A stretch of 64,000 bases of DNA, taken from positions 175,460,001 to 175,524,000 of the forward strand of contig NC_042997.1 in assembly GCF_006345805.1 (NCBI RefSeq), written 5' to 3'. Under the pieces are notes generated by a model, which did no database searches, was not told the origin of the DNA, and was given only the letters and a program-made list of their open reading frames with translations. Position numbers and translations under genes: made by a program. This stretch comes from Octopus sinensis. Lineage: Eukaryota. Each line of letters opens with the position of its first letter. The stretch's first letter is position 1. This document shows positions 51,725 through 64,000 of this stretch, piece by piece.

Positions 51725-52287
51725 TCATCATCATCATCATCATCATCGTTTAGCGTCCGCTTTCCATGCTAGCATGGGTTGGACGGGTCAACTGGGGTCT
51801 GTGAAGCTGGAAGGCTTCGTCAGGCCCAGTCAGATCTGGCAGTGTTTCTACGGCTGGATGCCCTTCCTAACGCCAACCACTCCGCGAGTGTAGTGGGTGT
51901 TTTTTACGTGCCACCTGCACAGGTGCCAGACAGAGCTGGCGAACGGCCACGAACGGATGGTGCTTTTACGTGTCACCGGCACGGGGCCAGGCGATGCTGG
52001 CAACGGACACGAACGGATGGTGCTTTTACGTGCCACCGACACGGGGCCAGACAGAGCTGGCAACCGGCCACGAACGGACGATGCTTTTACGTGTCACCGG
52101 CATGGGGGCCAGCCGAGGCTGGCAACGGACGCGAACGGATGGTGCTTTTACGTGCCACCGACACGGTTGCCAGACAGAGCTGGCAAACGGTCACGAGCGG
52201 ACGGTGCTTTTACGTGTCACCGGCACGGGGGCCAGCCGAGGCTGGCAACGGACACGGATGGATGGTGCTTTTACGTGCCACCGACAC
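51725..52287 (-). mobile_element. RTE 3' tail with an array of about 61-bp units
   Basis: (CAT)n tail followed by about 6.5 units of TGGTGCTTTTACGTG(C/T)CACCG.CAC...GCCAG.N6.CTGGC..ACGG.CACGAACGGA. Confidence 0.9.
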
Positions 52288-52555
52288 ATCAATTTTTTTA
52301 GTAAAATTGGACAGTGGTCCAGATGTTATTACTGTGGTTGCCCTATCTTCAGGTCAACCCTGATCACACAGGTCTGTGATCAAAGGCATTACAGCTGCAA
52401 TTACCCTATTGTTTTGCATTCCTAGAATAACATTGTCCAGCATTGCATGTTATCCATAGTTTTGCTGGACTAGATCACCAACCTATAAAAGGGTAACTGT
52501 ACTTAGGGGAAGATATCACTGTGAATAGTGGAATCATGGAATCACTATAATTAAT

Positions 52556-52726
52556 TATTCTATTGTGTCTGGAGAGAGTCATTTTCTTTTTGTGCCTTAT
52601 TATGTAACACACTCACCAGTAAAAAAAAGTTTAAGAAGTAGTAAAAAAAAGTGGAAATTTTACTGGTGAGTGTGTTACATAATAAGGCACAAAAAGAAAA
52701 TGACTCTCCCCAGACACAATAGAATA
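52556..52726. mobile_element. Foldback/MITE-like inverted repeat
   Basis: About 69-bp arms (52556-52624, 52658-52726), nearly perfect, with TA at both ends. Confidence 0.92.
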
Positions 52727-55410
52727 TGCTTCAACACACGAACTCATATAATCTTGCTAACCAAATCCAAATCCGAAATACTATAATTAATGTTTGTGTT
52801 TTGTTATCAAGTAGTGCTGGATTCGATCCTACTTTGAGTACAAGTTGGTATAGGTATGAGAGGTTATTTTTTACATGTGTTCTGCTGGTACTGAAAATCT
52901 TCACTTGTGCGCTAATATGTAAACTCCCATAACCAATGGGATATGGAGCTCACTACCATCATTGATTTGAAAATTGATTGCTATTTCATGCTATTTTGAA
53001 GCTTATCATTTAGAGATTGTGTAGAAATAGAGAGTTGGTTATATAAATGCTTTGTGTATGGTGTCACATTCAACGTTTAATATTTCTCTGTTCAAGTTAA
53101 GCATTCAATGCTTAACATTTCTCAACCTTATGAATCTAGCTAATGAATTAAGCAGCGGTAATGTAATATACTTCAGTTAATTGTTAACTAAAACACTTAC
53201 CCCACTGTGCTAAGGGTGCTTCTATGTAACCACTCAACCTCTTCAATGTAGCAAAAACAAACTTTCTTTTACCATTTTTCAAAAACGGTCCATATGTAAA
53301 TTGTTCTGAATCTTAGGTTAAACCTTTAGCATTCAGATTACTCTGTCAAATGTAATGCTTATTTATTCATATTGTTTTGAATTAATCATGCATCATTTCG
53401 TAGTTTCAAGTTTTCATTGATGTTATTACTTCTTTCTTAGAATGACATGGTAGGATGGGTGTGAATCTGGCCATTTTGGACAGAAAAATGTAGCCAGTTT
53501 AAAAGCTTAAAGAGTTAACATACCCAAAGATAGAATTTGTTAAAATAAGTAAATTTGCGTTATCTTATTCAACTATGCACAGGCATAACTAGGTTAAGAA
53601 GCTTACATTGTGACCATGTAGTTTTGAGTTCTGTCTCACTGTGCAGTACTTTGGAAAGTCCTAGGATTACCAATACTTTGTGAAGGAATTTGGTTGCTGA
53701 AAATTGTGTGAACTGTCTGAAAGCCCATCATTGTGTGTGTGTGTGTGTGTGTGTGTATGCGTGCGCATCTCACCCCCACATCTACTTGCCAACCAGTGTT
53801 GGTTTGTTTACATCCCTGTAACTTAACAGCTCAGTAAAAGTGACTGACAGAATAAGTACCAGATTTTTAAAATAAGTACTGGGGTCAATTTATAAAACTA
53901 AAAACCCTTCAACATTGTGCTCCAGAATGGCTGCATTTCAATGATTAAAAGATGTAAAAGAAGACAAAAGACCAAAAAACTAACATTTCCATTATGCACA
54001 TTTTTTTCTCATGACATAGTAATTAATTCTTCTTAATTGTTTTCAGCTCATTAAATAATTGACCTTTAACTTCTCATGGCCTATTCATTTATTGACCTTA
54101 ACTGCTGCTATATAAAGTCTTGTTTTGTCAAAGAGCCAAAACCAATTATACCTATTGACTGCAATCTGCAATAAATAAATAGTATTAAAAACCAGAAATT
54201 CAGTGGCTACAATATATTAGAATATCTAAACCTGTCATTATATAACACCAAACATTATCATAAACTTAGACTTCGTGAGAATTTCTCACTCTGAAACTTA
54301 ACAAAGTTTCCTTATTCACAGACATTTCTCACAGATATATATATATATATTTATAAACTTGGCAAAGCAACAAATGAAGATTATGCTTTTAACGAATAAT
54401 TACTACTGTTACTACTACTATTACACGCATATGCATGCGCAATAAAGTAGGGTATCATTGACCTTGTCCTAAGTATGCAAACAAAAGACTTCGATAATTA
54501 ATGTATTTCTTTTTCATATAATGGTAATAATAAAGGTTTCACATTTTAGCACAAGGCCAGTAATTTTAGGGGAGGGGGGTAAGTTAATTATTTTATTGAT
54601 CCCGAAAGGATGAAAGGGCAAAGTCAACCTTGGCAGAATTTGAACTCAGAACTTGAAGCCGAAAGAAATGTCACTAAACATTTTGCCCAGTGTGCTAACA
54701 ATTCTACCTTAATAATAATAATAATCCTTTCTATTAGAGGCATTAAGCCCGATATTTGTGGGGAGGGGACTAGTTGATTACATTGACCCTAGTGCTCAAC
54801 CGGTATTTATTTTATCAACCCCAAAAGGATAAAAGGTAAAATTGTCCTTGGTGAAATTTGAACTCAGAACGTAAAGACGAAATGTATCTAAGCATTTTGT
54901 CTGGCATCCTAACAATTCTAACTCATCACCCTCATAATAATAATAATAAAGTCAGTAAACATAGCAGTACATTTGTTTTCAAGGTTAGTTAATTAATATT
55001 TATGCACAGCATATATTAGAGACTTAAGATAAATTTAAAGTAGATAAACTACAGGTTTTTCATGTGAAAATTTAAGCTGATGTAAATGCACCTTACTGTT
55101 TCTTTCATACACAGAAAGATAGGAAATTGTCCTGATATATATGCTTCATAATTCATTGACCACTCATCAAAGGACAAGTACGCTCTCATCCTTCTACCTA
55201 TGAAGAGGATTTATAGCTTACTATTTCAATCAAACATAGACCAGAACTTTGCTGTAATGGCAATACTAATTTACATGCCATGTATTTATCAATAGCATGA
55301 TTAATTAGCAAATGTTTATGCACAATGCAGCCTGTATTAGAAACCTAAGATAAATTTTAAGTAGTTTACATGTGTGTGAGCACACATACATTTGTATATG
55401 TTACATTAAG

Positions 55411-55914
55411 TACAGGGTGATTGAAAAGTGACTCCCTATTTCAAAATGCTTATCCCTATTTATTAATCGTAATTTTTACAAAATAATGGATATGAGAGGA
55501 AAACTTTTAGTATGAGGTTTTATTTAAAATTGGATATGGGCTCCAGATGTTGCCACCAGCTTCTTAAGTCAACAGATTTCACCAGGAACTCTTGTGGGAT
55601 GAAAGACATAAAGTTCTTCCAAAGTCTTTGGTTTGGCTCAATAGGCTCGTTCCTTTAACCAACCCCAAAGAAAGAAATTACAAGGTGTTAAGTCAGGACT
55701 TCTGGTCGGCCACTCATGTGGACCACAATGACCCATCAATCTCCCAGGGAAGTGGGCATTCAGCCATTCACAAATGACAAGTGCAAAATGTAGAAGGGCG
55801 TCATCTTGCATGGAAATCAAATCTTCAGTATTTTCCCAAGCGCTGATAACTGGCCAGATATTATCTTGCAGCATAGTGAGGTACCATGGATAGTTACTTT
55901 TCAGTTACCCTGTA
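55411..55914 (-). mobile_element. Internally deleted Tc1/mariner element, DD41D (rosa-like)
   Basis: TIRs TA-CAGGGTGATTGAAAAGTGACT and AGTTACTTTTCAGTTACCCTG-TA. The remnant MQDDALLHF...FPGR...WPTRSPDLTPCNFFLWG has 41 residues between the 2nd Asp and the (mutated) 3rd position. Confidence 0.88.
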
Positions 55915-56621
55915 TATGTTGTATGAAGTCCTTGTTATATGCTTGGATTGAGCTGATCTATGTGCAAAGGAGTTTCAGCCATGACTGTCTCATCTATGTT
56001 TCAAGCATAATTTATCTAAGACTACATTATTTAACGTGTTCTTTTTGTGGGGGGGGTTTTCTGATTGGAGGGTGTTTGGCTGCTTTTTCAAGTAGGGTGA
56101 ACAACCATGTAGATTTTCGTTCATTTGGTCATGTAGTAAACTCCACTCTACGCTGTTGAATAGTTGCCAATAGCTAAAGAAACAAACATTCTAATATAAA
56201 ACCAGTTGATTCTCACAAAAAGTATCTGTACAAAATTGGTGCAAGTCTTCAGATTTATAAACAAGCAACAGTAGAATGTTGTAACAATTTTTTTTCTCCT
56301 GTAAGTTACTAGTCAACTCTTCAGATAATGATTTGTCTATCATTTAACTTTGGCAACACTAATTCACATGAGATCATTCCTGCTTCTATGATATAACATT
56401 ATTTCAAAGCTTTCATAATTAAATAGAAACCTTTCAGCTTCATTTTATGTAAAAACCTTTTAGTTCAGTTATGTTCCATATATCAACTTAATATACCAAT
56501 AAATAAATGAGCCAAAGAAGTGGATGGTGTAAGCACTATGTGGTCACTTGAACTGCAAGAAATGGCAGCCAAATCATTCTGGAATCATTCCTACTCAAAG
56601 AAGATCATATTGGATGATATA

Positions 56622-57205
56622 TTAGAGGAGCTCCCAGGGGTATCCTGTCTTGAATTCCTCTGTTATTGCCTGGAGGACTATGATGAATAAGAGGGGACTG
56701 AGGACTGATCCTTGGTGGACCCCTACCCCTACCCGTGATTCTTCACTGTACTCGTTGCCAACCCTCACCTTACTGACAGCATCCCTGTACATGGCTTGCA
56801 CAGCTCTCACTAACCATTCATCTATCCCTAGTTTCCTCATTGACCACCAGATAAGGGATCGGGGGTGGGGATCCTGTCAAAGGCTTTCTCCATGTCAACG
56901 AAAGCCAGGTACAGAGGTTTATCTTTGGCTAGGTATTTCTCCTGTAGCTATTTTACCAGAAATATAACATCAGTGGTGCTTTTCCCTGGCACAAACCCAA
57001 ACTGCATCTTATCTAGACTGACTTGCTCCCTAATTAGTTGGGCTATGATCCTCTCCGTGACCTTCATTACCTGATCCAACAACTTGATACCTCTGAAATT
57101 ATTTGTATCTAAAGCTTCACCTTTACCTTTGTAGCAGTTGACTATCATGTTTGTGTTTCTATGTCTTGACATTGCATAACATAGAGGAACTTTATTTATT
57201 TCCAA
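56622..57205 (-). pseudogene. RTE LINE reverse-transcriptase fragments with internal deletion/frameshift
   Basis: NFRGIKLL...QFGFVPGKSTTD and ...GVHQGSVLSPLLFII...PWELL. Confidence 0.92.
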
Positions 57206-58742
57206 TATTCTGTGTAAACTTATCTGAACATGGGGGAATATTACCTTACTTGGAAACAGATATAGGTTGGTGACAGGAAGGGTAGATGGTCATAGAAAAT
57301 CTACCTCAATAAACTCTTTCCAACCCATATTAGCATGGAAAAGTGGATGTTAAAATGATGATGATTAAACAATTTACTTATGTAACTAGTAGTAAAAGAT
57401 TTGATATGTATTAAAATGCTAAGAGAATGCATACATGTACTCATTTTAAATATATCAACAGTTAATGTAAACCAGAAAATACTATTCAGTACTATTACTG
57501 ACACATACTTGTATGGCAATAAAACATAAGAATTGTTGGCTGTTAGTGTCCAGTCTTTAACATCCCTCTTTTTTTCTGCTTTTCTAAACCCCATTCCCAT
57601 ATCTCCTCACTAAAATGGATATTCTTCTCTTAGGAACTAGTATATAATCTTATTTAGAAATTAATACCAATTTTTTCCAGTCTCATTGAGCAATAGTTAT
57701 TCTGAGGTAAAAACAATTTGAAGCATGGAAAAATGATGGTACCACAATATGGAAACATACTCTTCACCAAAAACTACAAGAAAAATCTGAACCCCCTTCA
57801 AATTTCAAAATAACTCTATTTAATCAAATTCAAGACTTAGTCTTTGTGAACTTCTTTCACTATTTTGTTAAACTTGAACTTTTTTACAAATGAATATAAA
57901 AATAGAAATTAAAGCTATAAAAGAGTCAAAAGCAATGATTTTGTAAAGTAATTTGGAAAAATTTTAGGAAAACAAAGCATTTGCTTTCTCAAATTCTCAC
58001 AAACCCTCCTATAGCCCCCACTCTTCCAAAAGTACAAGAAATTGAGTTGTTTTGCCAAGAAATATTTTTCTATCATAACACATATCTTTTACAGTTCAAT
58101 TTTGGCTGTGTTTTCATTTCCAAGTGCTTCCGCAAGAACAAAGAACATAGTGGTTATCTTGTTTGTATTTCTTTTCTGTTCCACTCGACCCAGAGTGGGA
58201 GTTCAATTCTGCTCAAAATTTAAAACTGTGTTAAGTAGAACACAACAAATAAAACTAAACCAAAGAAAACAATATTTTTAGACCAACAACTTTAATATTA
58301 CGTTTATGAATTTGGCAAAAAAAATAATAAATAAATAAATGACCATCCTGAAATATAACAATAACTTTATTAATGTATTTCATTGTCTTTATTTTCTTAA
58401 TCCAAATCCCACACATGTTAACTTTGTCTTCCAATCTTTCTGGGAGTAATGATCAACAAAATAAGAAATAGTTAAGTACTGGTATCAATTAAATGCTTGT
58501 TCCCAGCAGCAAGTTATAGTTGTGCCTTATATTGGAGACCAGCTATTGTCCTTATTTGCCCTGTTGCTTCACCAAATTCTGGAGTCTTTAGATTCATTTA
58601 AGCCATATTCCTAGCAGTAAACATTTCTTAATTCCTCTCTAGGTCTTTAACTACTTTGGAGGATTTTTAGCGGAAAAGAAATCAGTTTCTTTTGTAATAC
58701 TAGGGCAAAGATTTATTTATAGGCACAGGTGTTGTTGTGTGC

Positions 58743-58971
58743 TTAACCCTTTCATTACCATATTTCTGTTGAGATGCTCTGATTTTCTTTCAATTAATTT
58801 TAAATATAACAAAGAATTTAGTAAAATAACTTAGTTATCGTTCAGTTAGTGTTAGGAACATAAATTGTGACGAAGGTTTGGTGGAAGATTTTAATTCAAA
58901 ACTTTTGAAAACTAGACATTAGTACTCTGAGCCAGAGGCGGTTTCAGCCAGGTTGATAACGAAATGGTTAA
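58743..58971. mobile_element. TTAA-flanked MITE P1 inserted in the head of a SINE A
   Basis: The SINE head GTTGTGTGC-TTAA continues after the MITE as TTAA-GAAGCTTTCTTCCCAA. Confidence 0.88.
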
Positions 58972-60207
58972 GAAGCTTTCTTCCCAAACATGTGGGTCGT
59001 GGGTTCAGTCCCTCTGTGTAGTACTTTGGACAAGTGTTTTCTATTATAGCTTCAGGTCGACCAATTCTTTTAAATTCCTAATAGGTGGATTAGGTAGATG
59101 GAAATTGAAAGGAACCCACTGTGTGTGTGCATACGAGAGCTTGTACCCTATCACTGCTTGACAACTAGTGTTGATTTGTTTACATCCCTGTAACTTGGCA
59201 GTTCAGTAAAGGAGACTAACAGAATAAGTACCATGCTTAAATATATATTAAAAAAAAGTACTGAGGGCAATTTGTTTTACTAATCCCTTCAAGGCAGTGT
59301 CTCCGAATGGCTGCAGTACAATGACTGAAACAAATAAAAGATAGAATATGGAGACAATACAAGTGAGCAGTGCCAACCAATTCGGCCTTCCATCTATTAT
59401 TGTTAATATAATTTTTTTTTTTATTCTTTGCAATACATGACTCAGTCTGTGTGGCTGCGATTTATAATAATGGAAAGAATTGAAGTGGTGGGGGAAGGCA
59501 ATGGTATGATTGCTATTTTGCGGAATAATAGTGAAGCTTTTATGTTAGCTTTATGAAAAGGAAAATATACTAACAAAATATATTGGGAAACATTGAATTA
59601 AGGAAATAAAAGGCAAAACCTCTACTGCAACTACATAAGTTCTGATTGCTTCAATGAAAATAAAATACAAAATTACACAACTAATTTGTGTAGATATGTG
59701 CGCGTGCACACATGTAAAAAATTCCTCCCTACATATTTTACTCTTAAATTTCTTCATTCCAAACCTATGTGCATGCAATTTTGAATTTGTATATCTTTAG
59801 TTCTGTATGTGAATTAATCTCTAAAAAGAATCAGTGAAAGAATTCAAGAATTCATTACATTTTTTAAATAGATTTATTCTCAAGATTGTAAATTTTCAAC
59901 ATGTCCACCATATTACTTATACAAATGGTATTGCAATTCTGAAGTTCAAGAACTGTCTTGCAGTTGATTTTCAGTTATATTTTGAATAACATTAGTCATT
60001 TTAGCCTTGCAATGCAAGTCATCTATAGAATGAGATTTAGTTTAACAGTAATCTTTACATATCTCCATAAAATAAAGTTGAAAGTAATTGGCTGTGTGGT
60101 AAGTAGCTTGCTTACCAACTGCATCGTTTCGGGTTCAGTCTCACTGCATGGCACCTTGTGCCTTCAACTATAGCGTTTACCTAATACCGAGTTCTCATTC
60201 TTTATAG

Positions 60208-60590
60208 GCGTAGGAGTGGCTGTGTGGTAAGTAGCTTGCTTACCAACCACATGGTTCTGGGCTCAGTTCCACTGTATGGCAACTTGGGCAAGTGTCTTCT
60301 ACTATAGCCTCGGGCCGACTAAAGCCTTGTGAGTGAATTTGGTAGATGGAAACCGAAAGAAGCCTGTCGTATATATGTATATATATATGTGTGTGTATAT
60401 TTGTGTGTCTGTGTTTGTCCCCCTAACATCACTTGGCAACCAGTGCTGGTGTGTTTACGTCTCCGTAACTTCGCGGTTCAGCAAAAGAGACCAATAGAAT
60501 AAGTCCTGGGGTCGATTTGCTCAATTAAAGGTGGTGCTCCAGCATGGCTGCAGTCAGATGACTGAAACAAGTAAAAGAGTAAAAAGAGTG
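60208..60590 (+). mobile_element. SINE family A, near full length (a partial head lies at about 60085-60170)
   Basis: GGCGTAGGAGTGGCTGTGTGGTAAG...GACTGAAACAAGTAAAAGAG. Confidence 0.88.
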
Positions 60591-61607
60591 TACATTTTTA
60601 ATTTATCGACAATAAACTAGCTGCATCAGCTATCTTATTTTTTAATTGCCATGTACAGATTAATTCTATCAATATACAGAACTAAAATTATGTTTAGTTT
60701 AAGATATATAATTTAAAATTTTGCCGTGTTTTTATGATGACCCTGTATATTATGAAGGAAACAAAATTTAAATATGTAAAATGTGTATGCAGATGCAATA
60801 TTCATATACACAACATAGAGCCATGTGCAGACATGGCTCTTCACATTCACATAGTCTCAGGTTCAGTTTGACTGTATGGCACTTTGGGAAAGAGTCTTCT
60901 ACTGTAGCCTTGGGCCAATCATTGCTTTGTAAGTGAATTTGCTTGGAAGAAAGTGTGGAAGCCCATCATGCATATGTTTTTGTGTGTTTATGTCTTGTTA
61001 CTTATTGGTGTGGTAAATGGAAAATAACATCAGGCTTAAGTATGTACTGGAGTCAATATGAACATCTAAAACCCCTAAGGTGATATCCTAGCATAGCTGC
61101 AATTTAACAAGTGAAACAGGTAAAAGAGTATTTGAAAGAGAATCAAAAGTTATTTGTTGGTTACTCATCTTTAGTACTCTTCCTTATTGGCTTCTGTGTG
61201 TCTGCATCAAAGCTAAACTTAACAACGTAAAATACATTGATTTTTCTACATAGACACAATACCTGGAATATGCAGATGTAGACAACCAACAATATCAACC
61301 TCAGTACTCAACTAGAGTTTATACTATCAACATGGGAAGGTTATGCTCTGCCAGGTTTGAACTCAGACTGTAAAGAGCCCACAACTACCACAAGACATTT
61401 TGTCCTCTGACCTAATGCTTCTGCTAATCCATCACCCTAAACTATGTAAACTATGTATCAATTTCAAGCTTAGGGAGAAGAGGTAGAATGGCCCTCTACT
61501 TGACAGGTATTTGTATTCATTGACTGGAACTAAACCAATCCTGATGAGATTTTAGGTTTGAAACTAAAGGAGTTGTGACCAAAAGCTGCAAGACATTGTC
61601 ATTTTGT

Positions 61608-61812
61608 TTAACCCTTTTGTTTCTGTATTTCTTTCAATTACTTCAAATATAACAAAGAATTTAGTAAAATAACTTTATCATTCAGCTGGTGTTAGGAACA
61701 TTAATTGTGACTAAGATTTGGGGGAAGATTATAATTCAAAACTTATGAAAACAAGACATTTATACTAAAGAGCCAAAGCCGGTTTCAGCCGGGTTGGTTA
61801 CGAAAGGGTTAA
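61608..61812. mobile_element. TTAA-flanked MITE, family P1
   Basis: TTAACCCTTTTG...CGAAAGGGTTAA. Confidence 0.85.
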
Positions 61813-62679
61813 GGTTGTAATGTTTCTACTATCTACTGCTGCAAAAACATAATAAAAACCATACTAAGTGATGTCAACAATCTCCATGGAAGTAATAACT
61901 TGCTTGAGTTCCCTATAGGAATCATCCCACTTATTGTTTAGCCACAGGTCAATCCTGTTTGAGTAAACTTATAATCAGAGGTATTCCTGCCATGACCATT
62001 CTCACTTTTTTTTTTGTTATAATTTATCTAAGGCTACAGTGTCTAATGTGTTCTTGCTTTTCTAAAAGAGTAGGTAGGTTATATTATGAGCTATTTCTGG
62101 GTGGTTGAATGACCACATGAAGGTTCTCTGTTACAAATAGGAATCTACTTGATCAGACCAGCTCTTGGGCAATGCTAACCTTCTTAAAGTCACAAATATT
62201 GTAATATTGTAATTTTCATTATCTTTAATCATCTTTCACCAAAATCACAGATTTCAATGCTAATAATTCAACTATAGTCATCATAGAAGAATGGATAAGC
62301 TATGTCTGTCTTGTTAAAGCAGTCTTCTTAAGTATTGACCAAACAATTTACTGGGCTACTGATATTGAGCATTACTTGTTTATAATAAGCATGTCCATGA
62401 AGGGAATACTGTATTGATTGAATAAATTGAATTCTTGTATATCTATTTTACTATTATGTCTCATCTGTTGCTATGAGACTTAATGTATTCATCTTAAATT
62501 AGTAACCGCATGTGGAATTATTCTTTTGCTGTGCCTAAATATTACTGGATATCTAATAAAACAAGTTTTTTTTTCCACCCCAATTGTATTTCATATTTCT
62601 TGGTTATCATGCTTATCACCAAGGAAGAATAAAATTAATCTCTCTACAGAAAGCTGATGATAAATTACTTGAATGTGTG

Positions 62680-62714
<35 letters not shown>

Positions 62715-63100
62715 AGAGAGAGAGTAGAGGCTTGGGACTTAGTGGTTAGGGTGTTGCATTCATGATTGTAAGATTGATGTTTTGATTCCTGGACCGTATG
62801 ATGCATTATGTTCTTAAGTAAAACACCCTTCATTTCATGTTGCTCTAGTCCATTCAGCTTGCAAAAATGAGTAATCCTGCAATGGACTGGCATCCTATCC
62901 AGGTGCATTATATTTGGAATAGTGGATTCTCAAAAGTACACAGAAAGCCACAAATTATATCCAACAGGGTTTTGCAACTCAATATTTACATGCTATTATT
63001 TATAGCTTTGTGTATATTTTAAGAATCCAGTATTCAAAAAGTAATCGTGTGTGTGTGTGATGGTTTTTGATAAGCAACGTCGATTTTTACAATTCTGTAA

Positions 63101-63343
63101 ATAATAATAGTATTTTATAAGCTTAAAGCTTACAAGCAATCACAATGCAATGATTGAAGAAAATAGTCTAATAATGGGGCATATAAGCCCTCAGCTGAAA
63201 AAAAGTAGGTTTTCTTGTCCCACACATAGAGGAAGACCTACTTTTTCCATCAAGGGTTTATATGCCCCATTATTAGACTATTTCCTTTTGTCATAGCATA
63301 GTGATCATTTCTAAACTTCAAGATTATAAAATACTATTGTTAT
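63101..63343. mobile_element. Imperfect foldback/MITE-like palindrome
   Basis: AAATAGTCTAATAATGGGGCATATAA pairs with TTATATGCCCCATTATTAGACTATTT. Outer pair ATAATAATAGTATTTTATAA / TTATAAAATACTATTGTTAT. Confidence 0.85.
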
Positions 63344-63535
63344 TATATATGTATGCACTTTCCTAGTGTTAGAATAGACTTGATACAATTACTGAGGATA
63401 GTTGTGTGAACCACACAATATCTTTTTTGTGTTATCATGATTTGAATATCCTAGTTTGTGTTCTGATCAGTAAGTATCCCGGCTGTTGCCATAGTAACGA
63501 AACTAAAGCACACGGAGTGAATCCGCTTGGCACAG

Positions 63536-63993
63536 ATTGATCATGAACTCTGCTGTGCATGCACACTAAGTTTTACCGTTCTAGCTCATTTCTACTGTTT
63601 ACAGCAGTGCTTGGCAGGAACATGTGTAGCATGTGATCATCACATTGATCATGGCAGAGAATCTGCATCAAATTTTGCCAAAAACTTGGTGATACCTGCT
63701 CCATGCTGCAAACACATCTGCGATGTCTTTCTCAGTTCTGTTGGTTGCATGTCTCTCAGAATGTTCGTCAATATTGACATTTTTTCAGCCATCTTGGTAT
63801 CGTCTGAACCACTCATCACTCCTCTCCATACACTTTCTGCAACTTTGAGCAGGTATCACCATGTCAACTTTCTCTGTCATGGTCAATGTGACAATCACAC
63901 GCTACACACGTTCCTACCAAGCACTGCTGTAAACAGCAGAAGTGAGCTAGAATGTTAAAACTTAGTGCACCTACACAGCAGAGTTCAAGGTCA
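63536..63993 (-). mobile_element. Mariner-derived relic with about 125-bp inverted arms
   Basis: Arms at 63536-63660 and 63871-63993. The interior minus frame EWFRRYQDG*KNVNIDEHSERHAT resembles the mariner HTH-linker (EWFKRF..G..S..D..RSGRP). Confidence 0.75.
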
Positions 63994-64000
63994 ATTTTTG

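Noticed and set aside
51779-52425. ORFs of 134-194 aa
   Set aside because: They arise from GC-rich tandem units of the LINE tail, are open in several frames and show no domain signature.
63527-63958. 143-aa Cys/His-rich plus-strand ORF
   Set aside because: It is the antisense reading of a mariner relic and its inverted arms, and it starts at a non-ATG codon.

Overview
AT-rich, microsatellite- and repeat-dense eukaryotic DNA. The SINE, LINE and MITE families look like those of a coleoid cephalopod, probably Octopus; this is inferred from repeat content and was not verified. Most of the window is intron-like or intergenic. It is filled with tRNA-headed SINEs, 5'-truncated RTE LINEs, decayed Tc1/mariner elements (DD37D and DD41D types), TTAA-flanked and hAT-type MITEs, foldback elements and one Helitron relic. 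Only one host coding exon is recognisable by homology: a 61-nt plus-strand exon at 29034-29094 (xLEKDYTALKSKENEEQIELR) that matches the coiled-coil exon just after the TBC domain of EVI5/EVI5L. A CpG-retaining zone at about 37.7-44.6 kb looks like a divergent promoter, with a strong plus-strand donor at 40142 and a minus-strand donor at 39547. The most unusual observation is a composite element, pieced together from three partial copies. It appears to combine 16-bp terminal inverted repeats, a tRNA-like Pol III head and a Penelope-type minimal hammerhead ribozyme motif. All alignments were done by eye, and SINE and LINE boundaries are approximate.
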